Source of the DNA: Perkinsus chesapeaki ATCC PRA-425
Taxonomy: Eukaryota; Protista; Perkinsozoa
Assembly (NCBI GenBank): GCA_013115145.1
Contig: JAAPAO010000042.1
Coordinates: forward strand, 1 to 64,000
Length of the DNA stretch: 64,000 nucleotides
Reading direction: 5' to 3'
Positions 39,813 through 50,769 of the stretch are shown piece by piece; positions within the stretch are counted from its first letter, which is position 1; each line of letters opens with the position of its first letter. Made by a program: the position numbers and the translations under genes. The notes under the pieces are model-generated. The model was not told where the DNA came from. It searched no databases and worked only from the letters and a program-made list of their open reading frames with translations.

Positions 39813-40182
39813 GGTGCTTAAAACAGGGTGGCTGAAGGAAGGAAAGATAGGAATTATTTCTTTCTTTCTTTTCTTTCCTGAAAAGAAAGATAGAGGAAAG
39901 AAATTTATACCAGCGGCCTTCGGCCGCAAGATGGAAAGGTGTCGCTTCGCCTTTGCCAGCGACAATAATTGTCGGTGACGCCGGCAGATTGACGGGGGCA
40001 ATATCATTCTACTGTATAGTAGCGCTACCGATGCTGCACCGGTCTTGTGTACTGACTCTAATGGTAGAGCCTCTACCTCCGGAAGGATGTAGAGATAGAG
40101 GTAGAGTCCACTCTCTCTTTAGCATTTATTTTTTGTTTAATGATTTATTCTCTCTCAGCCTGAGAGTCTCAGGTTCTTCCCG

Positions 40183-40385
40183 AATGAACCCCATGCAGAA
40201 TGGAGCAGATGCCGCACAATAAAGAGAGAGGCCGAATTTGACCTCTCTATTACTGTATGAGGAGACCAATCGCTTCGATCACTTCGGCTCAAATAGTCAC
40301 ATTGTCACCAAGTATATATGCGTGAAGCCTCTGATCTCCATGTTCGAGCGATTCATCTGAGGCTGAACCGTTAAGCTGAGCTAAT
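40183..40385. repeat. Extra partial copy of the Y sub-segment (also at about 37372-37587 and 40601-40797)
   Basis: GAACCCCATGCAGAATGGAGCAGATGCCGCACAATAAAGAGAGA...AAGCTGAGCT occurs three times (one base differs in the 37372 copy). Confidence 0.9.
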
Positions 40386-40413
40386 TATACTGGATCGGAT
40401 GGGTTACCCCGAT

Positions 40414-41666
40414 TGTGCGCCGCCCAACCCTTGTACACGCGTCAGCAGTTCATTCCTCTTGCGAGAGTGAGTTGAGTGAAAGCAAGAAGATCACTGCGTC
40501 TACTGTGAAAAGTAAATGGTAGTTGACCCGTGTGCAGACACAGTTTTCAAACTGGCTGGAAAGTCTCTGCATCCTCACAGCTTACTTTTGCAAGGGGAGT
40601 GAACCCCATGCAGAATGGAGCAGATGCCGCACAATAAAGAGAGAGACCAAATTTGACCCTTCGATCACTGTATAAGGGGACCAATCGTTTCGATCGCTCC
40701 GGCTCAACTAGTCACATTGTGACCAAGTATATATGCGCGAAGCCTCTGATCTCCATGTTCGAGCGATTCATCTGAGGCTGAACCGTTAAGCTGAGCTCCA
40801 CGCTCACCTTATGTGAGCCACATGATTCTGAGTCACATGCTCAGAAACTCTCTTAGTGGGTCACCCACTGTGGGTGGTGGGCACTTAGCGGCCGTGAGTC
40901 GCATGATTCACATGATTAGCAAATTAAGCAAGAAGGGATTGCCAGGAGAGACTTGCCCTAGTGCCCCTTCTGTGGCAGAAGTTCTGCCAATTCCAGACCC
41001 GTTACAATATTTCAAATATCATATATTTACATAAACAGTCTAATAGACAGAAGCTCATGAAGATGGACTAGTCCACTAGTCATGCTAGTGGACTGCCGAT
41101 CAGTCACTGAGCAGACCTTGCGACACGCGTGTACTATAAACGTTGAAGAAAGATATTGTAATGCCTTTAATTAAGGGCAGGTATGGTTCCTGAGTTCATC
41201 GAGGATGTCATTCGTTTTCGAGTTGAGGACAATACAAGAAGGCGCCTACTCCGAGGCGTTCACTTCATCAGTTAGATGATGAATGGTTGAAATGATGAAT
41301 GTCACCTGGTCACGTACCAGTCATGTCCGTAGGCTGAGGAGTCCTTATTATGAAGACTCACCGAGTCCGACTCGTTTCGAATGGCTGTATAGTTCAGTCA
41401 CTGGAATTCAGTGTGAACGATGCCGAGCCGGTATTACCGACACTGCTTGTTGCCGCAAGCAAGCCGCAAGCAAGCCGCTCGCTGCAACTTGCAGCCTGCA
41501 AGCGTACTGAGGCTCAACCCAACACCTCCATTCAAGAATACTCATTTGACAGCGACTGCTTACATTCTGATAATATTGGGTGAGCAGTCCAACAAAGTTA
41601 GTACTACTAAAGGCTGCAGATAACAGCCGACGGACTACAAAGGACCCGGCTATGGGAACCCGCTCC
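40414..41666. repeat. Long direct repeat Y, copy 2
   Basis: Colinear with 37188-38612; lacks about 38100-38290 of copy 1. Confidence 0.9.
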
Positions 41667-41679
41667 TAGTGGGGGGCAT

Positions 41680-41916
41680 TCATTTACAACAAGCACTACA
41701 ATCTACGTCGCATGTATTCCGAACTGCTCCACAAGGAATAGCAAATAGATCCGCTCCAGCACTGCCCCCATTGCACCAAGTGCAGAAACCACAGTTACTC
41801 TTGCGGCTCAAGGCTCGTTGAGGAAGATGGGAAGGACGGGCCTTAACTTGGACCATTGAATAAATGACCAATAATACAGGTAAGTAAGCCATAAGGCGGG
41901 CGAGGAGGCTGGACAT
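41680..41916 (-). CDS. Small secreted cysteine-rich prepropeptide (family member 3)
   Basis: MSSLLARLMAYLPVLLVIYSMVQVKA-RPSHLPQRALSRK-SNCGFCTWC...CSACCK. An alternative upstream ATG lies at 41925. Confidence 0.8.
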   Translation of the reverse strand: MSSLLARLMAYLPVLLVIYSMVQVKARPSHLPQRALSRKSNCGFCTWCNGGSAGADLFAIPCGAVRNTCDVDCSACCK

Positions 41917-43145
41917 TATATTCATTATCTAAGGCAATCCATGCTAATGCTGGTAGACCTTAAAACCAATTATGCTGCATTGGGTATCCTTGGCCGTCAC
42001 TGGGAGACAACTCTTAATCCCGTCACCTCGGGAGTCCGCTATGCAGATTAGTCACCCGCGTTGTTCATTTTAATTGCTCCAGTATGCAATAATCAGTTGG
42101 GGAAGTCCACGGATTCACGTGGATTCTTTTCTCTATGCCTTTTGTGGGAGAAGTAAGGCGTTAAACCTAGGACGCTGGAAAGGCGTCCAGAAGCCTGTCT
42201 GGAAACGGCCTGTCTATATCGGAGCGAGGTTATGTCACATGTTACTGTGACACAGTATGGCGAATCTGCCAACGCGGTATACAAGTTTACAGGTAACAAC
42301 GAACCATACGATCAACTAATGATGTCACTAGTGGCCAAATCCTCGCGAACCGATATGTTTGCGCATGCACGACGAGGAACCAGTACGGACGCCGCACACC
42401 ACGCGAGCCAACACCATAGAACAGCAAATAGTCCATATTACAGTGATGTGTAGGTTTGCGTTTCAAGAAGCTGAAAATTCTGACGGGAACTTTCCGTCAG
42501 CATCTGTAGTTTCCTTCGGATTTCCCGTCGGGAAGGGGCACATTTACACTTCAAGGGAAATGTGTATGTTTTGCTTCACACCAAGATCCTCCATTTGAGT
42601 TAATAATATCTTGAGTCTTCCAATCAACAGAGCTAGCAGTTCCATAAGTGCGGAGCCCATGAGCGCCTCCAAAAGGCAAGAAAATTGGACTCTTTGGAAT
42701 GATCAGAGTCGGAAAGCACCGCCTGTGCTATGGCAACACGCTCGCGAGTCCAGAAAGTCTAGATGACTCGCCTAGCCGGACGAGAAGCTCTTAATTTTCA
42801 TCGTCTTCTTCTTGTACATAACAAGTGATGGTGGCATGGTGTTCACTCGTACAACTTGGTTGAACCAAGTCGGGATCTTGCTATGCAAGATTTGGGATGT
42901 ATCAGTTGAGTTTGCTAGGGCTTAGGCTTAATCTATGGCTTATCTAGGCTTAGGGGAGTTGGAGCTTTGCCTTAGTGTGCCAATAAGACCGTCTTAGTAA
43001 GAGGGCGTAGGCTTCGGTATGAGAGTGCATCGGGAGGGTTTCTGAGTCGATTGAGTACACTCGTGTCGTTCAAAACTATCAACAACTCAATCGCAACATT
43101 CACAGCAGGAACGAAGAAACGACAACACACAACACCGATAGTAAT

Positions 43146-46001
43146 TTATTCGACAGTTTCCGGCAGTGGCTCTTCTGTTTGCATCCCAAGCTTACCCAGA
43201 ACCATCTCAGCCAAGGCTAATGAAGCTGTGAGTCCAGGAGACTCTATACCGTACCTGATAACATCAACACGTGCTGGAAGCCCTTCTCACACTAGCATGC
43301 GTATTACAGTGACACATATCTTCCGGCGTAGCCATGATCATCAACTATAAAATCACCTCCATCAACTTTTGGCCGAATACCTGAGTAGTCAGCCTCCAAG
43401 GAGTCATCCGGTAAGGCAGGCCAGTAATATCGAATGTTGCCATAGAACTCAGCGGCCCTCGCAGGATCCACTTGGTAGATCTTAGGGTCATCTGAAACAC
43501 TAAAGTGTCGCAACAATGATTGTGTGTGATGGCACACCTAAGTCAACATCATCTGGCAGCCATTCTCCATTGGGCCCGAATTTCAGGCTCTTACCGTCAA
43601 GACTTAGTGTGCAATGCGTACCTGTTACGCGATGTAAGGGTCATGAAATTCCAGAAAAAGTAGAAGCGTCATTAAGGACATCCGAGGAGACGGCGTTTCC
43701 GAAAAGCTGACTGGTATGAAATCCCATCAACAGAGTACTCTGCGGAGGCAGTTTATGATTCGAGAAAGAAAGGAGTATAGATTACCTAGGCCAGTGGCAG
43801 TCGGCTGCGGGTAGACTAAACTTTTAAAAGGGAATTCTATGCCGCTCTTAAGTTTGAAATAATTACCCTTCACGAACCTGGAGAGAAAGACAGTTTTATC
43901 GGTAGAACCCCGTCATCCACTGCACGAAAGAGGTTGATTATGGAGCCTTCAATATTTCCCGCCGAACGTGGAACTCCGGCCATTTGTGCGTTAGCGATGC
44001 GCGCTGGCTGAGAGCGCAAGATGCTGTACCTCCTCCATCAATAGGGAGTGGATAAATTTCCTACCAAGAAAATAGACACAAGCCAACTGAGTTGTTCCAG
44101 GCAAGACCGAGCCATTCATTTATTAGCTGTTACCGTGCCGCCAAATCCTGCCTCAAACTCATCAGATGATGGGCTCTCGTTTACCCGCCATCAGACACTT
44201 AAGCGATATAAGTGTGTAACAGCAAAACCTCAACAGTGCCATCGATTTTGCACACACTACCGAATTCCTCCGTCACCGCCGCCTCCTATGCCCCAAATAT
44301 AGCTCACCCAGGTGTGCGAAGCAGCAGCCTTACCGCGAAAAACCAGCAATGAATCTTTACAATGCCAAGCTTGCCAAGCCGGTAATTACTTAGGACACAT
44401 TGCTCTGCGCAAATTAGAGCCCACGAATCGGCATTGAGATCATGTGCCCCGGCCACACACCGCCAAGCTAAGACATTTTAGCATTATTACAGTGTACCCT
44501 GTGCTACACTGCACGCATCAATAAGTGTGAGGTTTCCACAATAGATTGATGAGACTAACATTCCAATCTTTATCGGGGATCGAATGGTTAATGGAGGCTA
44601 GGGTGGCGAGCACCCGACAAACAAATATCCCTCAGAGGTATCCAACTCTACATTGGGAAAACGTTCGATTTGGGCCAACTCGGGGGGCCGGTGCAGCAAT
44701 GATGTAATTCCTGCGTAGCTCCCCTTGCTTACCGAGTTAGAGGAATGGTAACCGAGGAGTTCTGAGATAACCATAAGTTGGAAAAGTGTGTTGCATGAAG
44801 GCCAGCTGCATTTATAAGAACATCACATGACATGGTGTCCTCTCCATCATTTAGTGTTAATGTAAATGGAGGCTCACCGGATGAGGCAGCTTCCTCAGAA
44901 TACGATACACCTGAGCAAATGCGACATAAAAAGTGAAAAGACAAAACATAACTCTGTAATTGTCTATCCTGCCTCCAGCTTACGGATAAATTCCAGCGTA
45001 GGCCCCCCCACAGTGTCAACGAAAGCGACTGCTAAGAGAGTCCCAAACCACCAAAACATCAATTGTGCCCGATATAGCGACTTGGGGCACGAACGGCCCC
45101 TAGATTTGGCTTGGGTCACTCGCTGCTTTGACATGGATACCCAAACCGAAACCTCTTCCCGCTCAACTTTCGGAGGAAAAGAATACCTCGTCCAAGATTA
45201 ACAATTCGGGCAATGAAAGCCACAAAGATATCTCAGTCAAACATATGTATCATTTAATTCTTACCAGTAACTTTATTGTCAGTTGCAATAATTGCTCCAT
45301 GCTCCTCAGCATCATCCCTCAACGCTTCCATCACAGCATGGGAATCAAACACGGCTGTATGTGGGCTCCATAATGCTGAGAAATCCGAGGGTACCTAGTT
45401 GATCATTTCAAACGAACGAGCGGTATGAGACTGTACTCCATCGGGAAGGTCCTTCGACCAGTTCACATCCTTGGCGCCGTTCTCCTGTGCTTTATGAAGG
45501 AGTTCTTCAAGCTGAGTTTTGTCACGCGCCACGATATATTTGCCGCACTTGAGTGAAGTAATGCCGTGCTGTTCGATGAATCTTTCCATGAGTTGAGCTC
45601 CTCTCACACATGTCTTGGCTTTGACGGAATCTTTCTTATAATAAATACCTAGGTTGACCTGTAAAATGCACGCTTGACATAAAGATACGACTACCTTGGT
45701 GAAGCACTTCGCTATTTCTGCTACTTGTTTCCTCGCCTATTCGTGAGTTTTTCTCAATGCATATAACCTAGAGAAAATCGACGTGAGCGCGCAGGACAAT
45801 ACCATGTCCAATTGTCCGACAACGTCTTGATCGTTTTTTTAATTCTGGAAAATTTTCTCGGGAAAAATACATTCACTGAAATTCGACTTGATGATGGCGG
45901 CTGAATAACACCCGAGATGTGGTCAACACCACGGTGTTGATTCTGCTCGTTCTTATTCCTGAAACTTCGTACGAAACATTACTGAAAACCAGTTTCTTCA
46001 T
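43146..46001 (-). pseudogene. L-2-hydroxyglutarate dehydrogenase-like FAD oxidoreductase, multi-exon; 5' FAD-binding exon appears disrupted
   Basis: Exons VICIEKNSRIGEETSSRNSEVLHQG, GIYYKKDSVKAKTCVRG, VLINAAGLHA, FVKGNYF...[40 protein letters not shown]. No intact GxGxxG was found at 45850-45960. Confidence 0.8.
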
Positions 46002-47187
46002 AAACGGAGTAACACTATCACAGATAACCTTCATATAGCAACTCTACTCGGAAAAAGTTTTCGTTGGAAAATCGATGAGACATGACCGACGGTCATGTCT
46101 CATTTCCACTCGGTGTACGGGGCGAGACGTTGCGCGTTCGGCCCCCACCCCCACAGTTCGCGCCGTGCGGGTAGGGGCCCGCCGGGCGCGCCACAATTGA
46201 GCAGGGTGCTGGCACCGATAGACCTTAACTACCAAAATGCGTTATCTGGCCTATTTTCGCAACTAACCGTTACATTTTCTTCAAACTTGGCACATCTATA
46301 CATCTCCGAAAACGACCCGGATTCGCGCAAACGTGGTCCCCAGGAATACCCTACTTCACAAGTTATTCAAGCATTTACCACCGGTGACGGCGTCACACCG
46401 CTCCGCCGGGAGACAGCTTCAGATTTCCACTTTTGGGCCCTGCGTCGCTCCGTCTCTCGCGCAGTTCAGGTTTCACGGCTTTTCCCCCGCGTCGCTCCGC
46501 CGACTGCGCATATCACATCTGCCATTTCCCGTCACCGACACGCCCGCGGCTCGGAGAGGGGCCCCCATTGTGGGGTCTCTGCGAGCCGCGGCACTGGACG
46601 ACCGTCCGCAGTAGTTTATGTGGTAGTTCTTGTGGTTGTTGATGAGTTTTGCCGTCTGTCTCCTGCAGTGGGCGCATATGCCCAACAAACCCTCCGATTT
46701 TGCCTCTAGCGGCCTCAGGACGATCGGCTGCTAGGTCATTGACCGAGAGGAGTCGGCGAATTGCCACAGTACGAAAGCACTTGTTAGAAGGAAGGTCACA
46801 AACCTAGGCGTCGAAAATTTTGACAGTACTTTCCTGTAGAATTTCGTCACCAAAAAAGTCGACAGGAATTCCACGAAAATTTCCCACATTTTTCGGGGAT
46901 ATGTGGAGTTCCAAGGTTAGCCGAACACACCTCAGTAGCACTGCAACGAGCAAGAGCTCTGGTGATGGCCAATCCAACCACTCCGGCACCAACAACAACA
47001 CAGGTCTTATCGGCCATGATAAATCTGATAGAAAAATAGGAAAAAACTTATCTGCCATTCGATGATGTTGAGCAAATGAGAGGAATAGAGATTACTATTT
47101 CAGAGAAAGTATGCGGGCAAACAATTCAACGCTAGAAACGTATTCCGAAGTGAAAGTGCCAAAAAATGTATTTTCCAGCAGAAAAAA

Positions 47188-47215
47188 GCCGCAGGCAGGG
47201 ATCGAACCTGCGGCC
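47188..47215 (-). pseudogene. tRNA-like relic (T-arm/B-box plus oligo-T)
   Basis: The minus strand reads GCAGGTTCGATCCCTGC CTGCGGC TTTTTT. No recognisable 5' half. Confidence 0.4.
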
Positions 47216-48379
47216 GATTTGGACGCAGTTTTAAAACATTTGGGAGACTTGGAAAATTTTGACATGAGTGAGCGAATGCCTCTCCCGTCTAATGCATTCA
47301 AGGTACCGGCTTTATTTTCGCAGTGTTTTCTGTAAAACGGTGCAGGAATGCCTATAAAGGAGGATCTGATGGAATATACAGATTGAATGAGACTTAGGAA
47401 TTATTAGTTTTACTATTTTTCAATCAGAAATGTCTCATCCATTTGGCTGGTCAACTAATGATGATAGTACTTCGGATGGAGAGGATAATGAAGAGGTCAT
47501 AAAGAGGTGGATAGGTTGAATTATTATGATATTATTGAAATTCTCAAGATTATTAGTGATCGAGTATAGGGTACCAAATCGATATTATTTTGTTTAATAT
47601 GAGTTACGATACGATAATTATAAGGTAGTATTTACTATCAATAATATTGTTAATCCTAGCGGTTCTATGGGAGCATATAACGATCTTCTCCCTTCAGCAT
47701 TTCCAGCAATCACTTTCCCTGCAGTAGATGGAGGAAAATCTTGTGAGCTCACGAATGCCGTACGGGTCACTACGATACTGTCATCGGGGAAAACGGTTAT
47801 TTTTATGGAATCACGCGATTGGATAATTCATAAGATATCTTTGGGTACAACTTTCGAGCTTATGTTTAGATTGACTGTTGTGACGACGCTATTATTGTTG
47901 GTAGAAAGACAGTTAATGGCGCTACGAAAAAGATGGGAGATCTAGCATGGAAGGTGAGAAGAATCTTCAGGTTAAACGCGCAAGAGGTAAAATAGGTTGG
48001 CTGCGTGTTTTCAGTTGGAGATTCTTGCTCGTAAGTGTGAACCAAAGCCGTGGTATCGTATATTAGCGGATGACCCAGGTGAGACCTATCTCCTCATTTA
48101 TTAAATCAATACTGAATAAGTAAATGGTCTAATATGTGTATGCATTTCCTGGCACGTCACAAATGAATTATTAAAATATTTCGGGACGTTTCCCAAATTT
48201 TTGGACTCAATCTCGGAGGCTGTTGATGCCAGATTGTCATACTGATTAGTTTTATCGATAGTGGATACCACTCACTGATTAATGTATATAAGAGGAGAAG
48301 TGCATATTGCTATACGTATGTCGTAATAGTGTAAAGTATACGTTTGCCTTTTTACACTTGTTACGATGTTACTGCTGTA

Positions 48380-50165
48380 TTTTTACTTTTCCTTCAGATA
48401 GGCCTAAGACGCTGTATTGGTTGGAAAAAAGAGTTGTTATATTAGAAAAGGAATTGAGAGAAGTAAAACGATTGGGGGCCGGGGAGGTTGGAAACTTTAA
48501 TATTGTTTATTCCGAGCAATCCTTATATAAAGAGGAATAAATATGAGCACGTAAAGACATTAGTGCGCAGCATGCTCAGGCGATGGTGGATGATTCTTTC
48601 AGGCATTGCTGACTCTTGAACGTACTTCACTTGAGAGTGGCGATTATCATGCGGAGTGTCTTCGTTATATAGCAAGGCTTGAAGATATGACTAACAAATA
48701 CGAAGCTGCAATGAGAAAGGTGAGGTGGGCAAAATCTCTCGCGTTCATTTCCTATCGGCCTGTTTCGGCTGTTCTATGGCTGGTGAATTGTGCCCTATCT
48801 CGCTGGTGAGTCATACATAGCAACGGAACTAGCATTGATTGGGCTCATAGTTAAGAAGGATGAGTAATGGGTGAAATGTGACAAGTTAAGGAGCCTTGGA
48901 GTACGTCGGTGAAGGCTGGTGATAGTAGACTACTCGATACCGTAAGGTCGATAAGTGCACTCCTATCTCCACATAATAGATCATCTGTAAAAGATCTCAT
49001 CTGGTATATTATCAAGATAGTAATAGTAACTTTCGCTGCCTAATTCTAGTAGCATATATGACTATTGTGCAATTTAATAATATATTTTATTACTTATATA
49101 TTTCCATGGTATTTATAATATAGAGTTCTTTATATATATTAATTATGGGTATTTTACCTATTATAAATAAATAGTGATATCTAAATGCATATAAATAAGG
49201 ATAAGGTCACGTGGCAGCTGTTCACTGGCTGAGGGATCGGTCAAGATGACGAAGGTGTGAACTATTTAGTCACTGTTCATACAGTGGGTTTTGTTGCAAG
49301 TTATGAAAGAGATTTTTGAGCAAATAATAATGTGTGAATTAAAACGGATCTCCCTATATTCGAACCAGCGACCTTTCGGTTACCTCAGGTGGCCTTCCTA
49401 GAAAATGCGTTGAAAGAATCCGAAGAACGTGGTCATCTGACTGAGGCGGAGCTGGCGTCACGGCGTCACGAAACTCGCGTTGCTGTCGAGACCCTCCAAT
49501 TGGAAGTGCAACATCTCAGGTGATTAGTTGAGGAATTTTTGTCGGAAAATTTAGGAATTTTCAGGATTCATCGGGACAAATTGGAAAAGTCACTTTACGA
49601 GTGTCGACAAATGATAAAGGAAATGAAGGAGGAAGCAGAAAGGATGATGGAGGTGGGAATTTTGTGGCGCGTGACGGTTTGTTAGGGCTGAATGGGACGT
49701 GGTGTTGATGTGGTACCGAGGCACAGAATTTTATGACTGTTCTTGAAATCTTCCCGGAATTTCGGAAATTTTGTAGATCTCTAGCGGCTCGTTTCTGAAA
49801 CTATCTGATGAGTTTCCAGGAGCTTCGAGCGCCCCTTGAGTTCTGCTTTTCACAATCTGGCCGAATTGTGAAGGATGTGTCGGTATGGCTAGGTGATGGA
49901 AAATGATAGACTTGAAGGTGAAGCGCGAGAAGATCAATTAAAGCGTCATCTGAAGGCTACCACGGAGAGGCTGGCTCAGGTGAATGGGGAACTAGGACGC
50001 AGTTGGTGGGGCTTGAAGATGAGACATCTATCTTGAGGAGAATACATTAGGAATTCGGAGGTCTGGAGAAGGACGAAACGGTTGATCGATTTTGACTGTC
50101 ATACGACAGTTATTATCATTTCACTCATGGCCATCTGTGTTATATTACTTGGTCGCCATCCATGA
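48380..50165 (+). pseudogene. Spliced coiled-coil protein with a C-terminal hydrophobic tail, probably degenerate
   Basis: GT/AG-bounded exons LEKRVVILEKELREVKRL, VAFLENALKESEERG..., RIHRDKLEKSL..., VMENDRLEGEAREDQLKRHL..., and tail EVWRRTKR...VIIISLMAICVILL. Frame breaks near the 3' end. Confidence 0.45.
49345..49382 (-). pseudogene. tRNA-like relic (3' half)
   Basis: The minus strand reads TAACCGAAAGGTCGCTGGTTCGAAT...GGGAGATCCG TTTT. Confidence 0.4.
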
Positions 50166-50769
50166 GTGTACATAGGATCGGCAAGCTAGTAGTGAAGAAT
50201 TATGGATTGTCGGGAAGACGGTTGTGGTACAGCTGTTGGATACAAGTGGATAAAATATAGTGATTACTTAATTGTTGCTATATGTGGTAAATTGATCGAT
50301 TTATCGCTGGCTGGCGGCCGCTGTTTGCAAAGATTCCGAGCTTTGCCGTGTGTGTACGACTTGATAATGCTACTAGTTGTGCGTGCATTAGGCATATTAA
50401 AGGGAGAAGATGATATCTGATGGTGGAGACCCGTATCTAAAGACGGCGCTTGCTGAACTTGGCATAGTTAAACGTGCCTCGTGATTTCAATTTTTACAGT
50501 TTTCGCGTGAAACTTCTGATGTATAGGATTTTACGTGATGACAATGCTTTAGTGGCATTAATAAAACCGTTTCTCGGAAAAACGGACGAGCGAGATTTTT
50601 GTACCATATATGGCAACACTAGGGATATGTATATCTATTCATAATATTACTAGTATATCTAATATAATAAAGGATATCCGTACTAATTATATATTTAATA
50701 ATCAATAGACTATAAATAATATAAATCTATATTATAAATATAATTAAGGATATAGTAATTATGGTACAG

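Noticed and set aside
39813-40007. 65-aa N-terminal extension of the aspartic protease in the ORF track
   Set aside because: It starts at a non-ATG codon in a low-complexity purine/pyrimidine tract. The paralogue aligns only from ATG 39812.
37188-41666. Canonical LTR retrotransposon
   Set aside because: No TSD, PBS, PPT or gag/RT/integrase. The internal protease is a bilobed pepsin-type enzyme with two catalytic motifs, not a retropepsin.
42915-42956. Interstitial telomeric repeat (TAGGGCTTAGGCTTA...)
   Set aside because: Too short and irregular; no consistent unit.
20214-46001. RiPP-like biosynthetic cluster (peptides + P450 + FAD oxidoreductase + proteases)
   Set aside because: The P450 and L2HGDH-like genes look pseudogenised, L2HGDH is a primary-metabolism family, and the peptides have no repeated core architecture.
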